Shown piece by piece: positions 20,701 through 29,808 of a DNA stretch of 64,000 nucleotides. Below the pieces are notes generated by a model. The model was not told where the DNA came from, did not search any database, and saw nothing but the letters and a program-made list of their open reading frames with translations. The stretch is from Balamuthia mandrillaris (taxonomy: Eukaryota): contig JAVKOQ020000001.1 in the NCBI GenBank assembly GCA_031835245.2, forward strand, positions 1 to 64,000. Direction: 5' to 3'. The translations under genes were made by a program, and so were the position numbers. The stretch's first letter is position 1, and each line of letters opens with the position of its first letter.

Positions 20701-21880
20701 GGGGAGGTTGGTTACAAGCTCCTGTCTGTGCATCACAGCTGCCCTGGTCCACGGTGCAGCCTTCGTCCTGTTCAAACTCCAACGTGCAGGTCTGGACGTT
20801 GTTGTTGCTGGTGAATTCGCAGACTCCTCTGGTTTCATCGCACTCTCCGAAGCCACAAACAGAGTCTTGCGCGGCGCAGGCAGCATTGTCTCCACAGGAG
20901 ATACGCAGCGTGGCGAAAAGGTAGTTGACGTTGTCCTTCTGTTCCTGAGAGATGAAGGACACTTCGTCGGCTAGCTCGGTGGAGGTAGGTACCACGCAGG
21001 TGTCTGGCACGAACTCTTGAAGCAACAGGGTGAGATCTCCCACTTCCACCACCGACTGTACGTTGACGGTGATGCGATCGGAGCAGTAGCCTCCTCCTTT
21101 GTTGTCTAGAGGAGTTGTGTAGTATGGACAGCATGGCAAGAGCGAGGACCACGGAGCCCGCCAATCGTTCCAGTACTTTGTTTCGGCGACTGGGCAGCTT
21201 GTGCATGTGTTTCCACTGTACGAACGGCATTTGTCTATTTTGTTTTTATGGTTTGAGTAAATGAAAGAGTAAGATGCAAACTTCAATAACGAGAAAGTAA
21301 ACGTTTGACGCTGGTTAAGAAACAAGGACAACCGGTGGAGTGTCTCATACCTGTATTAGCAGTCTCATCAATGGTCACGGAAATAGGCAGGCTAAAGGTC
21401 TCTCCTTGGATTTGAACGTTGATTGTCAACGTCACGCTTGTTGCAATAGAGGCCGCCTCATCGATTCGAAAGTTTTCATGTGTGATAGAGCCCAAAAGAA
21501 ATGGAGGTTGGCCAGGTCCTGGCTCGTAGTTGATGTTACGAACACCACGAAAGACGAGTCCGCTCTGCTTTCCTCCTCCTTGGGCTATACCCCAACGCAC
21601 AGAAGAGAGGGAAGTGGAGAGGCGAGTGTCTTGCCCGCAGGGTTGAGTTGTGGAGGTCTCGGTCAGCGTTTGGCATTGCAGGAGGTTGCCACCTTGGCAG
21701 TTGGACCACGTGCCAGAAGAAGATATCGTCAAAGTTTGCACTTGAGCTGTTGCCGTTTGAAGTTCGTAAGAAGGTGCCCACGGAGCAAGCAAAAACAGGA
21801 TGAAAGATACCAAGGGCTGAAGGCAAACCCACGCACAACAGGAACACCCGAAGTACTAACAGTGTATCTCGAATCAACAT
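17779..21880 (-). CDS. Large Cys-rich type-I membrane (cell-surface) protein
   Basis: Signal peptide MLIRDTLLVLRVFLLCVGLPSALA, THxN-type N-terminal domain, about 1000 aa of Cys repeats, TM IIIGAVVAATAASLVLAGAAAGLIWW and a short tail. Four exons join in frame through GT-AG introns. Confidence 0.85.
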
Positions 21881-22386
21881 CTGCGAAGCGGGAGTAGTAA
21901 GTTTTAAAATACGAAACAAAGCAATACGCCGGAGTATCTTACGCTGTCCATACAATAAATATTGTTTCTTGCAAACTGGGTAGGTAGTTCCTTTCAGGCC
22001 TGGCGTTTCTTGTCTGTCCGTCAACTTTCTCCGTTAACTTCTTTGGTCGTATAAAAAACCGGTTGGAGTCACGAAAAGAGAAAAAAAAACATTTTTCGGA
22101 GACCTCACGTAGAAAAGGTCCCACTATGGGACATTGTTTGTCAAAACGACGCATTTCTCCATAAAAAGGACATGAAATGTGAGGTCAGCGTTTCCATAAA
22201 AAGAGGTGATCGGTGAAGAGGACGATCAACAAGATGAAGCTGACGTGGCGTTTGTAGATTGGGTGAATATGTTTGAAAAAATAAGGAAAGGGAGAAAGAA
22301 AAGTGCACCTTCTTCAGCATTACTTTCACTGTGGGATCAATTTACTCTTTTGGGGGAAGAGAGGCCCAATGAAAAAGCAAGGAGGA

Positions 22387-22493
22387 AGATGAAACGGATA
22401 TGTGTGAGATGAACTACCGTACCTTCCGGCGGAACCTCGCACCAAAAAAAAAAAAAAACGCTTTGCCCGGACCAACATATCCGTAGTTCATCT
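22387..22493. repeat. Short inverted-repeat element with internal poly(A)
   Basis: AGATGAA(--)ACGGATATGT at 22387 and AGATGAACTAC at 22407 are both complementary to ACATATCCGTAGTTCATCT at 22475-22493. Confidence 0.6.
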
Positions 22494-22804
22494 ATTCAAG
22501 ACAAGAGCACTCCTCCCCGGCCAGCCCGTCAGGCCCAAAATGACGATTGAAAACGAGCGAACAACGTGCGTATGTTTTCTTCTTTGAAGAGGCTTTCTTT
22601 CCCAAGAATATTCTGCTTGTCCGGGATAACTTGTTCGCGTACAGCTGAAGCACCAAAACTTTCTTCTCCTTTGCTATTTTCGGTCGACAACAGTGGCACG
22701 TCAGCGGGGGCAGGGATTGTTTTCACATATGTTAGATGAGCACAGGTACAAGAGAGAAACCTAAAACCTCGGCTTACTCGTTTTTTTTTAAATAGGAAGA
22801 GCTC

Positions 22805-23794
22805 TTACTCTGAATCCTTCAGGGAAACAGGGGGTGAGGCCTCCCAACCGAATAACAAGAAGTCCGTCACATACATTTCATAAACTTGTCGCCACAACTG
22901 CGGCGTGTAGTACTCCACCAGTTTCTGGGTGGCGTTCGTTGGATGGATATATCTCTTGAGGAGTGCTTCCAGCCCATAGCGTTGCACCAGGTTTCCCCGC
23001 CACTCTGAAAGGACTTTCCCGACTCCTTCTTGCATGTTGTCAAAGTGAATCACGTGATACACCGGAAGAGTCTTGTGGAGGTCACCTCGGATGTGCTGAG
23101 GGAGGAAGTGATTGTCAATGCGGTCGTACCTGTTACGTCGGACCTTAGGAAGACGCCTTGCCAGTCTGTCCACCAGTTGAGGAAAAGAGAGGTCCCGATA
23201 GGCAGGGACTTCTTCGTTCTTTTGGACTACTTTGTCCAAAAAGTAGGAGAGCACGATGGAGTGAGGGTCCCGCACGATAACCACTTTCAGATAGTCGTCA
23301 CTTTTGAGCATTCTCTCGGCATCTGCTGGAGAGAAGTCGCAGAGACGTTTCAGCCCGTTGAGATGTGGATCGTGTGTGTAGTTGTAAAAGTGTTTTCTAA
23401 TGGGGAGACCTTCTATCTTTTGAAGGAGTTGTTTAACCACGGTGCTTCCACTTTTGGGAGTAGCCAGGAAGATGAGCTTCTCTTTGAGAACAATGAACGG
23501 GCTTACGTCCCAGTTTTTACAGTTGAGAGTGGCATCTCCCTCCGTGAGAGTGAAGGTGTATGGAGCAGAGGAAGGGGTGGTAACAAAAACGGAAGGAGAT
23601 GCGGTTGGGGCAGACCGATGGTCAAGAGAGGTTGCGATAGTGGAGGAAAACAACCGGGACCCTGTGACAGGACTCTTTACAATGGAGGACCCATCCCCAT
23701 TCATAACCGTTCCATAGTTCAACGTTACGATCCAAAGAGAGGCAGCGCAAAATGAAAGCATGATACATCGATGAGAGAAAAGCCGCCGATACAT
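22805..23794 (-). CDS. Golgi-type carbohydrate sulfotransferase (Sulfotransfer_2/CHST-like), intronless
   Basis: N-terminal TM anchor, 5'-PSB motif PKSGST, 3'-PB motif VRDP..VLSYF, HFLPQ and Y..DFLLFG. Confidence 0.85.
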   Translation of the reverse strand: MYRRLFSHRCIMLSFCAASLWIVTLNYGTVMNGDGSSIVKSPVTGSRLFSSTIATSLDHRSAPTASPSVFVTTPSSAPYTFTLTEGDATLNCKNWDVSPFIVLKEKLIFLATPKSGSTVVKQLLQKIEGLPIRKHFYNYTHDPHLNGLKRLCDFSPADAERMLKSDDYLKVVIVRDPHSIVLSYFLDKVVQKNEEVPAYRDLSFPQLVDRLARRLPKVRRNRYDRIDNHFLPQHIRGDLHKTLPVYHVIHFDNMQEGVGKVLSEWRGNLVQRYGLEALLKRYIHPTNATQKLVEYYTPQLWRQVYEMYVTDFLLFGWEASPPVSLKDSE

Positions 23795-23945
23795 TCGGAA
23801 GCCTTCTTATCGGCCACTGCTTCTTGTGTGTCCTGGTTTGTTTCCTGGACCGGCACCGACCAATCAAAAATCAAAATTATGATCGTGTCGTCCTGAAAAT
23901 AATGAATTCACCGTGACGACGTGAGAAAGAAAACGGAGAAGAAAG

Positions 23946-26051
23946 ATGGGAGACAGGTCCGCCCACAAGAGCAGCAGTGGCACAACCTACCGGTTCTCTT
24001 CCAGCGAGGTGAGCGATGAGCACGAACAGACCCACGAGAAAGGCGTGGCCTGGAATGCCATCAGCCTCAGCATCCTCTACCTCGCCGTACTTTTTTCCTC
24101 ATCTTATTCCTCCTCTTCTCCTTCATTACACTCTGCTGAATCTCACTCCCATCTCATTTCCTCCCTCCCCTCTTCTTCTTTGTTGTTTCACACACACAAA
24201 AAAAGTTAGGCACAGCGATGCCCATCTTCAACAAAGTTTTGTTCGACGGCCAGTGGGGTCTGGGCGGCTACCCTTTCCCCATCACGGCCTCCATGCTGCA
24301 GGTCCTGGCCACCGCTTTGGTGCTGGTCGTCTACGGGGCGGCTCGCCATTGGTACGGCCTGCTGGAGAAGAGGAGGATCAGCGAGGAGGAGCATGGCCTG
24401 CCCTTGTTGACCGCGGCCTACGAGGAGAGTTGGGTCTTTGGGCCCTATTTTTGGTGGAAATGCAAGCTTCTTTGTCTCCCTTCTTTCTTCTTTGCTGCTG
24501 TGATATCACTCACCAACTTGGGGCTCTTCTATCTCGACATCAATGCTCACGTTCTCCTCCGTTCTACAGAAGTATCTCTTCTTCTTCCTCCCTTCCTCCT
24601 ACCTCTTTCACTCTTCTTCTTTTCTTCTTCTTTCTCTCTTTCGTCATTCTCTCTCTCTCTCTCTCTCTCTTTCGCCATTCTCCTCCTTCTCCTTTATCAC
24701 CGTTTGCCCTTCTTTCTGATAGTTGCGCACAAACATAAAAACACAGATTTTGTGGGTGGTTGTGTTGGCATGGATCATACAAAGGGAAACTCCGGGATGG
24801 AGTACCCTTTCATGCTGCTTGGGCCTTATCATGGGCGTATTCCTCATTTCCTTTGATTTTGAATCCGGGGTTTGCTATTTCTTTTCCTTCTCACCTTTCG
24901 TTGTGCTTCCTTCTTCTTGCTCCTCTTCTTTCTTCTTCTCCCTTCTTCTGACACACGTTTGGTTTGTTATCTTTGTAGATACGATTTGAGGTAAAAGCGT
25001 TGTCAATTAACTTGGCCAGCGCTTTGGCTTCTGCTTTAATGGTTGTCACAATGCGATATTCCTGCGTGCGGCTAAGAGAGTGGGAACCTACTATCACCGT
25101 TTTTGAGGTACGCTTCAGTTTTCTTTTTCTTCTGCTTCTTCTTTCCGTTGATCTGTCTAACAACAACAAAACCACCATAATAATAAACATAGATTACATG
25201 CTTTAAGATGAGCATGGCAGCTTTATTGATGATACCAGCGTCATTGGCCGTGGAGATTGATGCATGGGAGGGCCTTGGCACCGCCTCTACTTCTGCCAAA
25301 TTGTTAGTTGTCGCCGGCATTCTCCTTACTTTACTTTATCAATCTGCCGGTATGCTTCAAACTTTCTTTTCTTGTTCGTCATTTCTTTTTCTTTTTACTC
25401 ATTTTTCGTGTTGCATTCTTGTCCTTACTTTCCTTTGTACCTCTCTACGTTGGCTTTCTTTTCATTTTCGATTGACACATAATACATTACATAGTGGTAG
25501 GATTAGCAGCATATACCTTGGCAACAACAGTAGGAATCATCTCACAAGGAAAGATCATACCACAACTCGTCTTTGGTGCTCTCTTCCTTGACAAACGCTT
25601 TACTTTGACTGTGCCTCATCTGCTGGGCGTCACCCTAGTGGTCGTCAGTACTTTGGGTTATTCCTTTCTTCGTTGGTGGCCATCCTATTTGGCAGCAAAA
25701 GCCAAAGAGAGAAATGCTGTCTTCTTTCGTCTCTCTGCTCCAACTTCATCGACTTCTTTTTCTTCATCTACGACCAAAAAAACGAGCAAAGGAGGTAGAA
25801 GAAGCAGAAGCGGAACACATACTCCAGCCTCCTCCTCCTCTTCTTCTTGTTCTTCTTCTTCTTCTTCGTCGGCGAAACAGATTTTGACAAAAACGGGAAG
25901 TGAGAGATCAGCTTTGGAAAAACAACAAAAAATGAAAACAAGAAAGAAGGAAGATGAAGGAGAAGGAGACAATGACGATGGCTCGGTATTTTGGGTTGGC
26001 ACTCCCTCTACCTCTTCAACTGCTGCACTTTCTTCTCGTGCTTCTTGGTAA
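23946..26051 (+). CDS. SLC35/triose-phosphate-translocator family (nucleotide-sugar) transporter
   Basis: NKVLF..YPFPITASMLQ, LTNLGL..LLRSTE, multiple TM segments and TVGIISQGKII; 6 exons. Confidence 0.75.
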
Positions 26052-26145
26052 GCTTTATTTTGTCCTTTGTCAATACTTCTTCTTCATTTGCGCCTTTCAT
26101 ACATAATATACTCTTAGAAACAAAACAAACATAAAGAAAGAAACG

Positions 26146-26841
26146 TTACGAAGAAGAAGCTGAAATCCGTTCAAGCGCCTCCGTGATAACAGAAGGCTCC
26201 ATACGAGTCATGTAATTCGGATCCACGAAGCGAGCACGAATGACGCCCTCTTTATCGATGACGAACGTGCCCGGCACAGGCAGGTTGTTGCTCCTATCGG
26301 CGTTTCTTTGGGTCAGGTCCAGCGCGAAGGCATTCTTGATGAGCGCCAGGTAACTCTCTATCGGCGTGAACTGCAGGCGATAGTCGACAATTGCTGTTTG
26401 GTCTGCATCCGTGAGAACAGGAAAGCTGGTTTCTTCAGAGGAGGCCTTATCGGAGGGGTCGGCCGCTTCTGGTGTAACGGCGATCAGCTGCGCGCCGAAC
26501 CTCTCTCGCCAGGAGGGGAGGTGTTGGGAGTAGGCCCGGAGCTGGAGGTTGCAGAAGGGGCACCAGGAGCCGCGGTAGAAGGTGAGCACGACGGGACCTT
26601 CGCGGAGGGCGGAGGATAACGCGACCGGCTTGCCCTTCTGGTCGAGGAGGGTGAAGTCGGGGGCTTTCTCGCCGACCGGCCGGCCTTTGCCCTGCTCGCC
26701 GTTGTGTTGCTGTACGGCTTGGATGGCGTCCTGCACCACCTTGGAGACCTCAGGAGGAAGGCTGATGCTGTTGAGGAAGCCTTCAATGCTGTCTTTGAGG
26801 GAGGAGGAGGTTACAGCGGTGTGTTGGGAAGGAGAACTCAT
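26146..26841 (-). CDS. Peroxiredoxin-like AhpC/TSA family protein (CxxC), intronless
   Basis: APDFTL, GPVVLTFYRGSWCPFCNLQL and LPVPGTFVID..GVIR..FVDPNY..RMEP. Confidence 0.9.
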   Translation of the reverse strand: MSSPSQHTAVTSSSLKDSIEGFLNSISLPPEVSKVVQDAIQAVQQHNGEQGKGRPVGEKAPDFTLLDQKGKPVALSSALREGPVVLTFYRGSWCPFCNLQLRAYSQHLPSWRERFGAQLIAVTPEAADPSDKASSEETSFPVLTDADQTAIVDYRLQFTPIESYLALIKNAFALDLTQRNADRSNNLPVPGTFVIDKEGVIRARFVDPNYMTRMEPSVITEALERISASSS

Positions 26842-27282
26842 GGTTGTCTTTGTTGTGTATGTGTGTGTGTGTCTTTGTGCCCCGGTGTATGCTGTTAGCC
26901 TATCTTATCCACCCCAAGCAACTCTTTTCTCCACGCTCCTGTCCATGGTGATATCACTCTCCTTCCTTTTTTATCATGACAATAGCCGTGTTCATTTATA
27001 CTCGAACCGCCCTCCGCTTCTTCACTGTTCGTTTTTTGTGCCTGCTCACTTCTCAGTTGTAGAGTCACTTCCTCTGAATACCCAAGAAACACTGCAGAAA
27101 CAAAGAGGTGGTGCAGGCGTGGAAGGAAAGTTGTGAAAAGGATAAAACCAATTGAAAGAAAATGATAAGAATCCTTATCGAAGTTCTTCATGATGAATTG
27201 TAGTGGTTTGGCTTTGGTGACCTATATCCTGGTGTTTTTTGAAAACCAAGATACCTTCTTAACAAGGTTCGGATGTTTATGG

Positions 27283-27894
27283 ATGGAACGTTCGCCCAAG
27301 GCTGAGGATGATGCCGTCGTGGATTTGAATGTGGGAGGGACCTTCTACTCCACCACACGCTCGACCTTGCTTCGCTTTGACTCCATGCTGAACAGAATGT
27401 TCAGCGGCCGCTTCGACCTCCGCAAACGGGCAGAGGATGGAAGAGTGTTCATCGACAGAGATGGGGAAGTGTTCAAGTTTGTCCTGCAGTATTTGAGGGA
27501 CGGGGACTTGGAGGTGGAGGATATGGACTTGAACCTGGTGAGACGGCTGAAACGCGAGGCTGCTTTCTTTTGCCTCAAGGAGCTGGAAAACAAGTTGAAG
27601 GCTCACCTCACAGCTGAAGAAAAAAGAGACGAGAAGCAACGACCCAAAAAAGCCAAACACTTTTGGGTGAAGCTTTATTTGGTGGGGAAGCCTGCCAATG
27701 TGCAGGCAGAGTGGTACGTGAGACGCAAGCCCACGGACTCTTTTGACCTGCGCGAGGTGCTGCAAGGCGAAAGGACGCTGAAGAGAGCGGTCGTGAACGT
27801 GTGCGACTATCTGAGCCAGTATAACTTTGCCCTGGTCAACCACGCTTGCTACGACCGTGGCGTCTCGCTTTTGATGTTCAGAGGAGAGTGTTGA
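27283..27894 (+). CDS. KCTD-type BTB/POZ domain protein, intronless
   Basis: VDLNVGGTFYSTTRSTL..DSML..MFSG and VFIDRDGEVFKFVLQYLRDG..EAAFF. Confidence 0.9.
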   Translation: MERSPKAEDDAVVDLNVGGTFYSTTRSTLLRFDSMLNRMFSGRFDLRKRAEDGRVFIDRDGEVFKFVLQYLRDGDLEVEDMDLNLVRRLKREAAFFCLKELENKLKAHLTAEEKRDEKQRPKKAKHFWVKLYLVGKPANVQAEWYVRRKPTDSFDLREVLQGERTLKRAVVNVCDYLSQYNFALVNHACYDRGVSLLMFRGEC

Positions 27895-28032
27895 ACTTGC
27901 TTTGTTCAAAAAACCACAGGGAGGCCAACTCCCCTTTGGCCTCTGCTATTTCTTAGTTCTGTATGGTTTTTGGTTCCAGAATCTGCTAACATTAAATTGA
28001 GCAAGCACAAGAAAGACACGCCCTACCTCTTT

Positions 28033-28225
28033 AGTGGCACCCTCCTCCTCATTGGTGGCGCCTTCTTCCTCATCAGTGGCGCCCTCCACCTTGTCAATGG
28101 CGTCCTCCGCCTCCATGGTGGCGCCCTCCTCCTCTACGACAGTGGAACCCTTCTCCTCCTCTACGATGGCGGCCTCCTCCTCCATAATGGTGGCACCCTC
28201 CATGATGGTGGCGCCCTCCTCCTCG
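28033..28225. repeat. Degenerate ~21-bp minisatellite (about 9 units)
   Basis: Units resemble GGTGGCGCCCTCCTCCTC and read EEEGAT-x on the minus strand. Confidence 0.8.
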
Positions 28226-28577
28226 TCAGATTCAGAGTTAGATATGGCGGTTTCTCTTTTACTTCCTTTACCTCTTCAATACAAAGCAGCTTTTGCGTTA
28301 CAGAGAGTTGGTCACACCAAGTGGGTGATTACGGAATGGCTACACCAAACCTGCACTACTTCTTCAATTCCATTGTGGAAAACTTTTGAACAAGCGCTTA
28401 CCTTCCTTCATGAGGATGTTACAGAGCAACTTACTGTCATGAAGGATGATGTCCAACACATTACAATTGTAAACCTATTGGTGATATAAAGTTCTACATT
28501 GACTTTTTGGCAACTCTTCCATCATCTCAAGACACCACTTTTCCAACAACATCAAGGAATAAGGAAAAGATGGAAAC

Positions 28578-28740
28578 AGAAGAAGAAGAAGAAGAAGAAG
28601 AAGAAGAAGAAGAAGAAGAAGAACAAGAAGAAGAAGAAGAACAAGAAGAAGAAGAAGAAGAACAAGAAGAAGAAGAAGAAGAAGAAGAAAAAGAAGAAAA
28701 AGAAGAAGAACAAGAAGAACAAGAAGAACAAGAAGAAGAA
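28578..28740. repeat. (GAA)n/CAA microsatellite
   Basis: Directly visible. Confidence 0.95.
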
Positions 28741-28965
28741 CACACGAGCAAGTGTCTTAATTTGGGAATATGCCCGAAAATAACTTTTCGAGAAATAACA
28801 CGCTTCGGGGGAGACGGCAACAGACAGCACGAGGAGAAATGGCACGCGGCGGCATTTTCGCCATGTGATTACTCAAACAATCCGATTGTGGTTCCGCTTC
28901 TCCTCTCTTTCCCAACTACGAAGCAAAGAAGAGGGGAGCAGGAGAGACCGTTTCAGAGACCCACC

Positions 28966-29613
28966 ATGGAGGAAGCTAGCCACTTGCAGGTGGAGGACTG
29001 CGATGTGGTGGATCTCAACATAGGGGGAACCTTCTACTCCACCACACGCACCACGTTGTGCCGCTTCGACTCCATGCTGCGGAGCATGTTCAGCCAGCGT
29101 TACAGCATCCAGGGGAGGGCTGCCGACAACAGAGTGTTCATCGACCGGGATGGGGAGCTGTTCAAGTTTGTGCTGCAGTTCCTGAGGGACGGCGACTTGG
29201 AAGTGAAGTACATGGACATGAACTTGGTGGCACGGCTAAGACGGGAGGCTGCTTTCTTTTGCCTCCATGAACTGGAAGAGAAGTTGGATGGCGTTCTTAC
29301 AAACGTGCAAGAGAACGAGGAAGCAGAGAAAAATCTTCGCCAAGACTACCTCATCGCAAAGATACAAGACCGCAAGGGAAAGACGGGGAAGGTACTGCTA
29401 TTTGGGAAGCGTTGCTCCCAGTTCCCAGAATCAAAGAAGAACATCTGCAAGGAGTTCACCGACCTAACGGTGGTGGCGGCCTGTACCTACCTGAACCAGT
29501 ACGGCTACACCCTCGTTAGCTACTCCCACGTTGGCAACTGGGTTTCTTTGGTTTTCAAACGGCCAACCCGGAAGACAGACCAAAGCTCGGATGACTCTTG
29601 TCTGTTTCTTTGA
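28966..29613 (+). CDS. KCTD-type BTB/POZ domain protein, paralog of 27283-27894
   Basis: VDLNIGGTFYSTTRTTL and VFIDRDGELFKFVLQFLRDG. Start chosen at the CCACCATGG context. Confidence 0.88.
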   Translation: MEEASHLQVEDCDVVDLNIGGTFYSTTRTTLCRFDSMLRSMFSQRYSIQGRAADNRVFIDRDGELFKFVLQFLRDGDLEVKYMDMNLVARLRREAAFFCLHELEEKLDGVLTNVQENEEAEKNLRQDYLIAKIQDRKGKTGKVLLFGKRCSQFPESKKNICKEFTDLTVVAACTYLNQYGYTLVSYSHVGNWVSLVFKRPTRKTDQSSDDSCLFL

Positions 29614-29808
29614 TGAAGAGTGTCCCAGTGGAGCAGCGTGTTCTGTCCTTTGACCTCCACAAACAGAAAAAGGCGGCTGGCCGAAGGAATAGTGGAAGAA
29701 AAAGAACAAAGTTTATTTTATACAAACAAAAAAAGAGCACTTGCAAAAAGAAAAAACAAACACGATTCATTCCTCAATGAGCCGTTACGTTTGGTTAGAT
29801 GAGTCCAC

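Noticed and set aside
28507..28965. Poly-Glu N-terminal extension of the second BTB protein
   Set aside because: The frame is probably held open by the GAA microsatellite. The paralog starts at the position equivalent to the strong ATG at 28966.
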